Part shown: positions 28,645 to 37,949 of the stretch, piece by piece
Numbering within the stretch: the stretch's first letter is position 1
Layout of the letters: every line of letters starts with the position of its first letter
DNA from: Patescibacteria group bacterium
GTDB lineage: Bacteria; Patescibacteriota; Patescibacteriia; SG8-24; DYFX01
Length of the DNA: 64,000 nt
Direction of reading: 5' to 3'
NCBI GenBank assembly: GCA_030583805.1
Contig: CP129476.1
Location: 309,453 to 373,452, forward strand
Notes under the pieces: model-generated
The model's database searches: none
Seen by the model: the letters and a program-made list of their open reading frames with translations, nothing else
What the model was told of the DNA's origin: nothing
Position numbers and translations under genes: made by a program

Positions 28645-30009
28645 TCATACGTGTGCACATTGTAGTACCGCCACAAACAGACTCTCTACCTCATTCTCGA
28701 TTTCATTAGGCCCAACTCTATAAGACGACGATAAGGGATCCGAAATCACAATATAACCCGTCGGGGCGAAGGCACTAGTTGGCAACATAAAAAACTTCTC
28801 GACCTGCTCAGCGCCGGTGGTATCCACCGCCACTGCCAGTACTCTGTCGAACCAGCGCTGATGCTCCTTGATCAAAAAACACCATCGCCCGATATTGTCT
28901 GGCCCTACGGTACGAGCGGCATAAAGTACGGGAATCATCCGGGCAAAACGGATTGCCTCGGCGGAATCCAAGCCCTTCCGCACTAAGTATGAACGCAGTT
29001 CCTTGAGAACAGATTTGCGCGCCTTCCGAATAGCTCTCTCGCCAGCTTTGCATCTGGATGGGAGAATCCAATAAAGCCTTTCTTGGGCGAGCTCGAAGGT
29101 CTGCTTGTCGATAATTGCTGGAATGGCGTTTTCTGTTTTGATCCATTCGCTACGCGGATTCTTCCGATGTCCCTTCTTCAGCTTATTCCAAGTTTTGTTA
29201 TATACGAGTGTGCCGGTATAGACCTCGTTCATCAGTATTCGAATGATCTTAGTTTTGTTCCATGTCCCGCCATTGGGCGAACGGACTTCCGATGCATTGA
29301 GCATCCCAACGATGCGATCCAAGCCCAGCCGTCTCGTCACGAAATACTGAAAAATATCCTGTACGGTCTGGGTTGTTCCATCATCAGCAGGAACGAATAC
29401 GACACGTTCATTCGCTATGCACTTGTGCTCGCCTTTTCTCAAAACCCGCACCGGCTTCTTATCGATGTCTAGAAGAAATCTGGCCAATCCGAAGCAGGCA
29501 ATGCCACCGTTTGAATAACCCTGCTGTGATGTTCTTATACATCCCTTGGAGACCTTGTCACTAAGCTCGGCGCTGTACTGGCCCGCCATGATTCGATGGA
29601 AAGGATTTTCCATCTGCGCCATCGGTGACTCGTCCGGCTTCGGAAGACCACGAGAGAGGTAGACGACAGGCCTCCCGTGTTTTTTGCAGAGAAACTGATA
29701 ATGAGCTGACTCATCCTGATCTTGAAAGCGCCCCCACCGGGACACGTCGAGGACCAATACAAAGTCGAAGACGGGTGCCTCTGGATTCAAAACCCACTCG
29801 TCAAACAACCTTTGGAATCCAGGTCGCCCGGCTGTGAGGCCACTTTTACCCTCATCGACTTCCTCATGAATGATGTCGATGCTGTGCCGATCGGCGAATC
29901 GCTGTACCTGTTCTCGTTGAATTGGGACCGAATTCTCCTGTTTATCCTCCGCTGAATGACGATAATACGCAACGGCCTTTTTCCTAGTGACGCCTCCAAA
30001 CAAGCTCAT
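28645..30009 (-). CDS. Large serine recombinase (second copy, distinct sequence)
   Basis: AVAYYRHSAEDKQENSVPIQ is the catalytic Ser region. Recombinase domain with a Cys-containing C-terminus. 454 aa. Confidence 0.85.
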   Translation of the reverse strand: MSLFGGVTRKKAVAYYRHSAEDKQENSVPIQREQVQRFADRHSIDIIHEEVDEGKSGLTAGRPGFQRLFDEWVLNPEAPVFDFVLVLDVSRWGRFQDQDESAHYQFLCKKHGRPVVYLSRGLPKPDESPMAQMENPFHRIMAGQYSAELSDKVSKGCIRTSQQGYSNGGIACFGLARFLLDIDKKPVRVLRKGEHKCIANERVVFVPADDGTTQTVQDIFQYFVTRRLGLDRIVGMLNASEVRSPNGGTWNKTKIIRILMNEVYTGTLVYNKTWNKLKKGHRKNPRSEWIKTENAIPAIIDKQTFELAQERLYWILPSRCKAGERAIRKARKSVLKELRSYLVRKGLDSAEAIRFARMIPVLYAARTVGPDNIGRWCFLIKEHQRWFDRVLAVAVDTTGAEQVEKFFMLPTSAFAPTGYIVISDPLSSSYRVGPNEIENEVESLFVAVLQCAHV

Positions 30010-30022
30010 AAGACCGCCTCGC

Positions 30023-30889
30023 TTAAATCAACTCGATCAGTAACTTTTTCAGCTGTTGAAGCATCGGCTTCTCGTCAGTCGAGAACTCAACTGCATTTTT
30101 CTTTTTACCCGCAATTGCTTGGATCAATTCATCGATCAAGAGTGAAAAACCTGATTGCTGAGATCGTTCTTCTAGTTCCTGAATGGTCATGTCCGGGTCG
30201 GTTAGGAACGCGTAGAGTGCGTCTTCGTTCACGGCCGCACGGATGAAGATGCGTTTTAGTGTTCTGATGTCTTGGGCATTGGTAATCACGTCGTAACTGA
30301 TTTTCTCGAAAATGGTGCGGATAATGGCATCGACTTCCAGGTTTTTAATCTTCCGAATCTTGGGTTTCATTTTCAAGAATTCCACCCGATAACTTTCTTT
30401 CAGCTGATAGCGTTCCATCATGGCGATGTGCTCGACATTTTGATCCCGCATTTTTAGAACATAGGTTACTGTGGAGTGTGACAGGTGCAGTGCATCAGCC
30501 AGTTCGACCGTCGATTTATAGCCCATCGCTGATTTGATTTTAACGAAGGCGTTGGAGCGTTCGGCAGGCGTCCACTGGCGCTTGTTGTTTTGAATCTCAA
30601 ATCGTCTCAGCTCGAACTCCCCCGGATCCATTTTCGGATATACTCGGCAAGGAACGGCCGTGAGGCCGATTTCCTTGGCACACTCAAAACGACGGTGGCC
30701 GTCGAGAATCAGGTAACGGTCCTTGTCGATCTCGCTCACGGCCAGGGGCATCTCAATACCCATATCCTTAATTGAGACGAGTAGGCGGTTGTGTTCGCCC
30801 TTTACTCCGAATTCTTTACGAGGTTGGTCGGGATCCATCGCTATCTGGGCAACAGCTATCTCACGAAACACGGGTTTGTATTTTTCCAT
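30023..30889 (-). CDS. ParB-like protein (ParB N-terminal nuclease-like domain + HTH)
   Basis: LILDGHRRFECAKEIG is the ParB box. HTH LADALHLSHSTVTYVL. ATG at 30887-30889; the track ORF begins at an upstream TTG. Confidence 0.75.
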   Translation of the reverse strand: MEKYKPVFREIAVAQIAMDPDQPRKEFGVKGEHNRLLVSIKDMGIEMPLAVSEIDKDRYLILDGHRRFECAKEIGLTAVPCRVYPKMDPGEFELRRFEIQNNKRQWTPAERSNAFVKIKSAMGYKSTVELADALHLSHSTVTYVLKMRDQNVEHIAMMERYQLKESYRVEFLKMKPKIRKIKNLEVDAIIRTIFEKISYDVITNAQDIRTLKRIFIRAAVNEDALYAFLTDPDMTIQELEERSQQSGFSLLIDELIQAIAGKKKNAVEFSTDEKPMLQQLKKLLIELI

Positions 30890-31099
30890 ACAGGACAAAG
30901 AGCAAACGAGTTGTACCCGTTTTTACCCTTTTTTATGTTTTACGCTCGGAGTGATTATTTTCACTCCCGAATGGGAGGAAGTTAACGAAGTGGGTGTTTT
31001 TTGTCAAGAAAATATAGGAGTGTTCGTGACATTGACGCATGGGGCCTGTCAGCGTACAGTTGAGTTATATTTGTACGCATTATAAGCTTACGTAAGACT

Positions 31100-31450
31100 A
31101 TGAGTAATAATCAGACCCTTGGGCAGCGCATCAGGGAGCTGAGAGACGAGAAAGACCTCTCCCTAAGAGACTTTGCGGTGAAGCTCAAGCTTTCTCCCGC
31201 CTTCGTCTCTGACGTAGAATTAGGTAGGCGCTACCCCAGCGAGGACGTCATTGCAAAGATGGCATCGGTGCTGGGTGTAAAATTGAAAGACCTCGAGGCA
31301 TACGACCCCAAGCCAGTCGTTGAAGAAATAAAAAGACGCACCCTTCAGATTGATCCTGAGCTCGGTATTTTAATGCGCGGCAATCTAAAGAGCGATGCGG
31401 ATTACGAGGAGTTGAAGAAATTTTTGAGAACGAAAGACAGCAAGAAGTAA
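31100..31450 (+). CDS. XRE-family HTH transcriptional regulator
   Basis: LGQRIRELRDEKDLSLRDFAVKLKLSPAFVSDVELGRR is an HTH_3 motif. Confidence 0.85.
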   Translation: MSNNQTLGQRIRELRDEKDLSLRDFAVKLKLSPAFVSDVELGRRYPSEDVIAKMASVLGVKLKDLEAYDPKPVVEEIKRRTLQIDPELGILMRGNLKSDADYEELKKFLRTKDSKK

Positions 31451-31454
31451 CACG

Positions 31455-32177
31455 ATGCTGCTATTCCCCACCGAAAGCTCGCCGTTCACGGAACGGACCG
31501 TCTATAAGCCGGCCGAGTTGGAATTGATGGCCATGGATGAGCTTCGGAAAGCTGGACTGCTCCCGCGCACCCCTGAACCGATCCGCATCGAGGCCTACGT
31601 TACCAAGAGGTATAATCTGACACCGGACTACAGCGCACCCCTACCCGATGGGGTTCTTGGCCTTACACGCTTTGGTGCCAAAGGACCGACTGACATTCTC
31701 GTCTCGAAAACACTGGGAGACGATCTCTCGGACGTTGGAAGGCGGAGAACCAATGCGACACTGGCTCACGAAGCTGGTCACTGCCTCCTTCACGGTCCTC
31801 TTTTCGCAGTGAGCGGTCGGGTCGGTGGTGGGATCTTGGAAAGAGGCGGTGACAGTCACGGAGCCGATGCAGGTATTGATACTTCTGATCCCAGCATCCT
31901 TTGTCGTGAGATCGGCACTGACGTGCCCACCTACAACTGGGTGGAGTCGCAGGCCAATGCCATGATCGGTCCACTCCTGATGCCGCAACCTCTCGTCGCG
32001 TCGTTGCTCAAAATCGAGTTCGGCATGAGCTTGCCTACCCCGAAGACCGGCGTCATCTCCCTAAGCAAGGACGATGCGGCCACCATCGTCAGGAAGCTGT
32101 CGGAAATTTTCGATGTGAATCCGGCCGTGGCGCGCCTTCGCATCGAAAAGATGGGGTTCAACATCCCCCGGACTTGA
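31455..32177 (+). CDS. ImmA/IrrE family metallo-endopeptidase
   Basis: HEAGHCLLH (HEXXH). Directly downstream of the XRE regulator, in the ImmR/ImmA arrangement. Confidence 0.8.
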   Translation: MLLFPTESSPFTERTVYKPAELELMAMDELRKAGLLPRTPEPIRIEAYVTKRYNLTPDYSAPLPDGVLGLTRFGAKGPTDILVSKTLGDDLSDVGRRRTNATLAHEAGHCLLHGPLFAVSGRVGGGILERGGDSHGADAGIDTSDPSILCREIGTDVPTYNWVESQANAMIGPLLMPQPLVASLLKIEFGMSLPTPKTGVISLSKDDAATIVRKLSEIFDVNPAVARLRIEKMGFNIPRT

Positions 32178-32592
32178 CACGGATATTTTTTTACTTGCGC
32201 TGTCTTCAAAATAAGCGTACATTGTACGAGATGGTTCCCGTCGGAAACGGAAACGACGGCCTTGAAGGGCCGCCGTTCCCGGCGCCGATGCGGGGTCGGT
32301 ACAGGGCATCTCGGGAGAGAAGCTGGTCGAACTGTACCACGGAAGCGGCCGCCGCCTCCACCCCGCCAAGCCCGGGATCTATTCACCGAAGACTGCGTAT
32401 GGCCCAAAAACCTGCGTCCAAGACGGTGCATCGGAGCTCGGAGTCTGGAAAGTTCGTGACGGAACGGTACGCCGACCGCCACCCCCGGACCACTGAGACC
32501 GAGCGCATCAAGAGGACGGGTCGCAAGTGACCGAACCTGCGCGGGACGGCCGGTGTAAGGGCCGCCGTCCCGCCAAGGTGCGGCACGCGAAA

Positions 32593-32901
32593 ATGGGCCA
32601 CAGCAGGACTCAAAATATGGATCTACTCGGCTATACATTCCAAGGTCCGTACTCCATCGACGGCAAGTTCAATGACGTCCCCGGGATCTACCTCATCCTC
32701 ACGACGGCGCGGAATAAGGTCGTGGACGTCGGACAGACCGACAAGCTCGGTCAGCGCATTCCGAACCACGACCGTAAGCCAGACTGGCGTCAGTGCGGCA
32801 GCTGCGAGTTGTGGTTCCATCATGAAGCCAACGAACAGACTCGGCTGACGAAGGAATCCCGGCTCCGCGCGACCTACGATCCGCTTTGCGGAGAAAGGTA
32901 G
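32593..32901 (+). CDS. GIY-YIG nuclease domain protein (small)
   Basis: PGIYLILTTARNKVVDVGQTDKLGQRIPNH matches the GIY-(~10)-YVGQT-L-R-H pattern. Start ambiguous between MGHS at 32593 and MDLL at 32617. Confidence 0.55.
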   Translation: MGHSRTQNMDLLGYTFQGPYSIDGKFNDVPGIYLILTTARNKVVDVGQTDKLGQRIPNHDRKPDWRQCGSCELWFHHEANEQTRLTKESRLRATYDPLCGER

Positions 32902-33018
32902 ATCGACGCGGTTCGGCGACTAGGAAATACCGGGAGGGCGCATTCGGGCGCCCTCCCGGTCAAGTCCGACTCGCCGTATTTCATCCGTCTTTAAGAAAAT
33001 CTTCTATGTAATAATCCT

Positions 33019-33417
33019 ATGGACCCCAATACCCCTACACTCATGTTCCCGCCGGACTTCTGGCAAAAGGCTATAACAGACGGAACCGCTCAGGCGGCTA
33101 CCATCCTGCGCCCCATTTTCACACAGGCCGCGCTAGCGATCTGGCATCATGCACCGGCCATCATCGCCGTCGTATCCCTACTACTCGTCATCGCTCTATT
33201 CAAAGCCGCTTTCGGCTATTGGGGCATGCTGGGTAGCCTGTTGTACCACATCTTCTACTTCAGTATCTTCGGAGTAATCCTCTGGGTGCGAGGCCCCGAA
33301 CTGCTGTTCAGTGATTATTACGAGCTCATCGGCCTTATTCTGAACCCGATCTGTTACTGGCTGACCGGGCTTATACTCCAGAGGTTCCGACTTAGACGGA
33401 CGCATGCGTTCATCTAA
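33019..33417 (+). CDS. Hypothetical membrane protein (3 TM)
   Basis: Hydrophobic helices. Last ORF before the island-boundary terminator. Confidence 0.5.
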   Translation: MDPNTPTLMFPPDFWQKAITDGTAQAATILRPIFTQAALAIWHHAPAIIAVVSLLLVIALFKAAFGYWGMLGSLLYHIFYFSIFGVILWVRGPELLFSDYYELIGLILNPICYWLTGLILQRFRLRRTHAFI

Positions 33418-33579
33418 GACCGGGTGTTTGGCGACTCTTGAGACACTTCGCAGCTAGCCCATTTCAGTCCCAAGGTGTCTCAATTAGCCTTGACCGGAAC
33501 GTCTCCTGAGAATCGCTGAAGGACTGTCTCAAAAAGTCCTAACACATACGGGTCCTGACAGGTACGTCGAGCCATGAAA

Positions 33580-33607
33580 AAACGCCCGTCGTCCGGGCGT
33601 TTTTTCT
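33580..33607. terminator. Bidirectional rho-independent terminator
   Basis: aaaaaacgcccgtcgtccgggcgttttttc is a GC hairpin flanked by an A-run and a T-run. Confidence 0.7.
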
Positions 33608-33645
33608 TACGTGGATATTTTTTCCAGCAGTGTTACACTGCATAC

Positions 33646-34425
33646 ATGATCATCGACGCGCACACTCATATCGGTTTCGGGAAAGCGATCACCAAGTCGG
33701 CGAAGCAGCTGCTTGCCGAGCTCGATCGCGGCCACGTCGACAAGGCGATGGTTTTTGCCGGTGCTATCAACGCGTGCACCAACGAAGCCTTGCTGAAGGA
33801 AATCGCGCCGCATAAGAAGCGCTTGTTCGGCGTCGGTTCGGTATCGCCGAACGGCCCGAAGTCGTATCGCCCGTCCCTGGCCTCGATGGAACGCTGGCTG
33901 AAAAGCGGCGAACTGCGCGCGATCAAGTTCTATCTCGGCTACGAGCCGTTCTATCCGAACGACAACCGTCTCCGCCCGTATCTCCGCCTGCTGCAGAAAT
34001 ACGACCGTCCGGCGATCTTCCACAGCGGCGACGTCTACAACGTCGTCAAAGGCGCGAAGCTGAAGTACGCGCACGCGCTCCACGTCGACGATCTCGCCTC
34101 GGAAATGCCAGATCTCAAAATCATCATCGCCCACCTCGGCAGTCCGTGGATTATCGACGCCGCGCAGGTCTGCTACAAGAACGAGAACGTCTACGCGGAT
34201 TGCTCCGGCTTCGTCTACGGCGATTTTACGCCCGTGAAGCGCAAGGAGTTTGCCTGGGTCTGGAAGGAGTTCGAGCGCGTCACCGAATCGAACGGCCGCA
34301 TCCTCTTCGGCAGCGATTGGCCGATCAGCGACGTCCGGCCTTATATCGAGGTCGTTCGCAAGCTAGCCGGCCGTCATTCGGCAGCGGTTTTCCACAAAAA
34401 TGCCGAGAAACTGTTCGGCATTTAA
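33646..34425 (+). CDS. Amidohydrolase-family metal-dependent TIM-barrel hydrolase
   Basis: MIIDAHTHIGF N-terminal metal-binding HxH, HSGD, and HLGSPW. Start moved downstream of the terminator that sits inside the track ORF. Confidence 0.8.
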   Translation: MIIDAHTHIGFGKAITKSAKQLLAELDRGHVDKAMVFAGAINACTNEALLKEIAPHKKRLFGVGSVSPNGPKSYRPSLASMERWLKSGELRAIKFYLGYEPFYPNDNRLRPYLRLLQKYDRPAIFHSGDVYNVVKGAKLKYAHALHVDDLASEMPDLKIIIAHLGSPWIIDAAQVCYKNENVYADCSGFVYGDFTPVKRKEFAWVWKEFERVTESNGRILFGSDWPISDVRPYIEVVRKLAGRHSAAVFHKNAEKLFGI

Positions 34426-34564
34426 GCTCAGGCATTGACGTTTCCCGCAGCGCGTGCTATTCTACAACCTTAATCAGGAGCCCCATTTCATGGGGCTGGA
34501 CTCGATCCCGTAGCGGCAGTTGTCGTGACCTAGGGGCCTCGGGTCACTGACACTATCTCTCCAC

Positions 34565-36037
34565 ATGTCGCAACCGCTCCCGTCCGGCGACGGCCAGGCC
34601 TTTCATGGTCTCGGCATCGCTCCTAAATTGCTGGAAATCCTGGGCAAGCACAATTACCAGGTGCCGACCCCGATCCAGCACAAGTCCATCCCCGTCTCCA
34701 TCGAGGGGAAGGACATGATCGGTATCGCCCAAACCGGTACCGGCAAAACGCTGGCCTTCGGCGTTCCTATGCTCCAGCGCCTCGCGATCCACAAGGGCCG
34801 CGGCTTGGCGCTTTTGCCGACCCGCGAGCTCGCGCTCCAGGTCGACGAAACGCTCCACAAGATCGGCAAGGACATGGGCATCCGTACGGCCGTCTTGATC
34901 GGCGGCGCGTCCATGCGCCAGCAGATCGACAACCTCCGCCGCAACCCCCACGTCATCGTGGCGACCCCGGGCCGCCTGATCGACCACTTGCAACAGAAGA
35001 CCGTCGATCTCTCCGACGTGAAGATTCTCGTCCTCGACGAAGCCGACCGCATGCTCGACATGGGTTTCTTGCCGCAGATCAACCGCATCCTCCGCACCGT
35101 GCCGAAGGAGCGCCAGACGATGCTTTTCTCCGCCACCATGCCGGAAGACATCGTCTCGATCGCCGCGAACCACATGAAGACGCCGGTACGCGTCGAAATC
35201 GCGCGCCAGGGCTCCTTGGCCGACACGGTCGCCCAAGAAATGTACGTCGTGCGCAAGGATCAGAAGATCCGCTTGCTCGACAAAGTGCTCGAGGAGCACA
35301 AAGGTTCCGTCCTTGTCTTCACCCGCACGAAATTTTCCGCCAAGAAAATCGCCCGCGCCGTCCGCGGCATGGGCCATGGCGCCGACGAAATCCATTCCAA
35401 CCGCAGCCTGAACCAGCGCAAAGCGGCTCTTGAAGGATTCAAGACCGGCAAGCACCGCGTCCTCGTCGCCACCGACATCGCCGCGCGCGGCATCGACGTG
35501 ACGGGTATCGAGCTCGTCATCAACTTCGACGTGCCGGAGAATCCGGACGACTACGTCCACCGCATCGGCCGCACCGGCCGCGCGGGACGCCTCGGCAAGG
35601 CCATCACCTTCGCCCAGCCCGACCAGGGCAGCGAGGTGCGCGACATCGAGCGCCTGACGCGCAAGATGCTCCCGATCACCCCGATGCCGAAAGATCTTCC
35701 GCCCGATCGCCCGATGCACCACGAAGCCGAACGTCCCGACCTGGGCGTCTGGCAGCCGCGCAGCGGAAGCCGCGGTGGCTACCAAGGCCGCTCCGGCGGA
35801 CACGGCGGAAGCCGCGGCGGCTACCAAGGCCGCTCCGGCGGACAGGGAGGCTACGCGCCGCGCCAGGGAGGCTCCGGGAGCCACTCCGGCGGCCACAGCC
35901 AGGCCTCAAGCTCGTCCCACCAGGGACAGAGCCAGGGCGCCTCGCAAAGCGGCTCCCACGGCCGTTCCAGCGGCTTCGGCGGCAAGAAGGGCGGCAAGCG
36001 CCGCATGCCCCCGAAAAAGTTCTACTACGCGATTTAA
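34565..36037 (+). CDS. DEAD-box ATP-dependent RNA helicase with C-terminal RGG/Gly-rich tail
   Basis: Q-motif, AQTGTGKT, LVLDEADRML, SAT, HRIGRTGRAG. C-terminus RGGYQGRSGGHGGSRGGYQGRSGG. Confidence 0.95.
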   Translation: MSQPLPSGDGQAFHGLGIAPKLLEILGKHNYQVPTPIQHKSIPVSIEGKDMIGIAQTGTGKTLAFGVPMLQRLAIHKGRGLALLPTRELALQVDETLHKIGKDMGIRTAVLIGGASMRQQIDNLRRNPHVIVATPGRLIDHLQQKTVDLSDVKILVLDEADRMLDMGFLPQINRILRTVPKERQTMLFSATMPEDIVSIAANHMKTPVRVEIARQGSLADTVAQEMYVVRKDQKIRLLDKVLEEHKGSVLVFTRTKFSAKKIARAVRGMGHGADEIHSNRSLNQRKAALEGFKTGKHRVLVATDIAARGIDVTGIELVINFDVPENPDDYVHRIGRTGRAGRLGKAITFAQPDQGSEVRDIERLTRKMLPITPMPKDLPPDRPMHHEAERPDLGVWQPRSGSRGGYQGRSGGHGGSRGGYQGRSGGQGGYAPRQGGSGSHSGGHSQASSSSHQGQSQGASQSGSHGRSSGFGGKKGGKRRMPPKKFYYAI

Positions 36038-36068
36038 TAAAACACCCCCGGCCTGTCCGGGGGTGTTT

Positions 36069-36377
36069 TTATTCGCTTTCTTCCAGTACGAGGCGCTTTT
36101 CGAAACCGCCGCGCTCCAGCTCTTTCTTTTGCCGTATCGCCTCGACCTCGCGAGGATCGAAGCCGAGCCGCAGGCAGATCGCCTTGATCACTTCGAGAAT
36201 GTCGGCCAGCTCTTCGGCGTTGCGGTCGCGATCGAATTCGTCGACCTCTTCTCGCAGCTTGGCGACCAAACGCGCCAAATATTCTTCGTCGTCCGCGCAG
36301 GCATGAAACGTGGCGCGCTTGCCTTTCGAGGCGATGATCTCCGGAATCAAGTCGCGAACAAGCTTGTCGTAGCGCAT
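36069..36377 (-). CDS. MazG-like nucleotide pyrophosphohydrolase (small all-alpha NTP-PPase)
   Basis: KLVRDLIPEII...LREEVDEF...ELADILEV is the MazG-type EExxE pattern. 102 aa. Confidence 0.75.
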   Translation of the reverse strand: MRYDKLVRDLIPEIIASKGKRATFHACADDEEYLARLVAKLREEVDEFDRDRNAEELADILEVIKAICLRLGFDPREVEAIRQKKELERGGFEKRLVLEESE

Positions 36378-36383
36378 AGAGAG

Positions 36384-37931
36384 TCAGCCCGCCGCGACCG
36401 TGCCGCCGAATTCCTTCACGAGATCGGCAAAGCCGTCCGGGAGATTCGCCGACGCCTCGACTTGGATATGCGGGGAAGGCTCGACAAGCCCGTCGGTGCG
36501 CTGCGCGACCAGAACCGCCTTCACGCGCATAGCGCTTCCAAGAACTTCACCAAGCGCGGCTTCAAACGATTCGCGATGCCGCTTGTCGTTCAAGCGGTCG
36601 CGGTACATGGCGTACTGGAAGCCGACCGTCAGAAGGCCGCCATCGCAATTCAAAAGCTCGGCGGCGCCGAGCATATACGGCAGTCCGTGATTCCGCTTCT
36701 GCGCGGCCATCAGGATTTCCGTCCACTTTTCCTTCACCTGCGCGAACGCTTCGGAGTTCTCCGGAGACACCGCCTCAACGCGTTCGGCCTGCATCGGCGC
36801 GGGCGCCGCCTCGGGCGAAGCGGCTGCCGTCGGCTCCGGTTTGGATGCGGGCGCCGTCGGCGGCGCGGGCGGCTCATGTCTCGGCGGCTCCTCCTTGGCA
36901 CGCGCGGGCTCGGCGCACCATTCAGCCAGGAGCAGCTCGAAACCGAGCTCCGGCGGATCCAGGCGCTTCATCTCGCCGTGCGCGCGCACAAGGCGCTCAA
37001 GCAGCGAAGATCTTGCCGCAAGGCCGTTCCCGGCGTCTTTCATCGAAGCAAGCGCCGCTTCGCGTCCGCGTTCGACGAGCTCTGAAACGATCCGGATCGG
37101 ATCGGCTCCGGCGGCAAGAAGCGCTTCCCAGCTCGCCAGGGTTTTCGAAGCGTCGCGGGCCACGAGCGCGGACATGAGATCATTCACCGCTTCCGAAGAA
37201 ACGATCGGCAGTACGAGCGCCGCCGTTTCGGCCGTAATCTTCTTCTCGCCGAGCGAAAAAATCTGGCTGAGCAGGCTCTCGGCGTCACGCAGGCAACCTT
37301 CGCTGAGGCGCGCTACGGCTGAAAGCACGTCTTCCTCAACCGTTACTCCTTCTTTTGCGGCGAGTCCGTTCAATCTCTCGACCAGTTCCGCAGACGGAAT
37401 TTTGCGAAAATCGAAACGCTGGCAGCGCGAAACCACCGTGGCTGGCAGCTTGTGCAGCTCCGTCGTCGCCAAGATGAAAACGACGCGCGCGGGCGGCTCT
37501 TCGAGCGTTTTCAAAAGCGCGTTAAACGCCGACGTCGAGAGCATGTGCACTTCGTCGATGATGAACACCTTGTAGGCCAGCTTGGACGGGGCGAAGCGCG
37601 CGTTCTCGATTACCTGCTCGCGCACGTTATCGACGCCCGTATGGGACGCCGCGTCGATTTCAACGACGTCGAGCGCGCGACCTTCGGCGATTTCGACGCA
37701 CGCATCGCAGCTGCCGCACGGCTCCCCGGCCTTCGAGCGTTCCCGGCAATTGAGCGCCTTCGCGAAAATACGCGCCAAGCTCGTCTTGCCGACGCCACGC
37801 GGACCGGAAAACACATAACTGTGCGCGATGCGCTCCGTGGCAACCTCATTCGCGAGCGCCGTTTTCACGTGCTCCTGTCCGGCGACTTCCGCGAACGTCT
37901 TGGGCCTGTATTTTCGATACAGTACGGTCAT
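36384..37931 (-). CDS. dnaX: DNA polymerase III subunit gamma/tau
   Basis: YRKYRPKTFAEVAGQEHV, GPRGVGKTS (Walker A), zinc module CGSCDAC, IIDEVHML. Confidence 0.95.
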   Translation of the reverse strand: MTVLYRKYRPKTFAEVAGQEHVKTALANEVATERIAHSYVFSGPRGVGKTSLARIFAKALNCRERSKAGEPCGSCDACVEIAEGRALDVVEIDAASHTGVDNVREQVIENARFAPSKLAYKVFIIDEVHMLSTSAFNALLKTLEEPPARVVFILATTELHKLPATVVSRCQRFDFRKIPSAELVERLNGLAAKEGVTVEEDVLSAVARLSEGCLRDAESLLSQIFSLGEKKITAETAALVLPIVSSEAVNDLMSALVARDASKTLASWEALLAAGADPIRIVSELVERGREAALASMKDAGNGLAARSSLLERLVRAHGEMKRLDPPELGFELLLAEWCAEPARAKEEPPRHEPPAPPTAPASKPEPTAAASPEAAPAPMQAERVEAVSPENSEAFAQVKEKWTEILMAAQKRNHGLPYMLGAAELLNCDGGLLTVGFQYAMYRDRLNDKRHRESFEAALGEVLGSAMRVKAVLVAQRTDGLVEPSPHIQVEASANLPDGFADLVKEFGGTVAAG

Positions 37932-37949
37932 GACAGGCCTATGCGTTTC

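Larger units (their letters stand above)
13493..33610. mobile_element. ~20-kb lower-GC mosaic integrative element / prophage remnant inserted 3' of tRNA-Gln
   Basis: Abrupt GC drop right after the tRNA; GC is restored after a bidirectional terminator at ~33.6 kb. Carries two large serine recombinases, terS/terL, a ParB-MTase, a Type III R-M system, a KAP NTPase and XRE/ImmA. Confidence 0.7.

Noticed and set aside
33420-33573. Direct repeat of the tRNA-Gln 3' end as attR at the island's right boundary
   Set aside because: No copy of ...ggttcgaatccaggtccccgagcca or a >12-bp fragment of it was found by eye near 33.4-33.6 kb. Serine-recombinase elements need only a 2-bp crossover, so absence is not informative.
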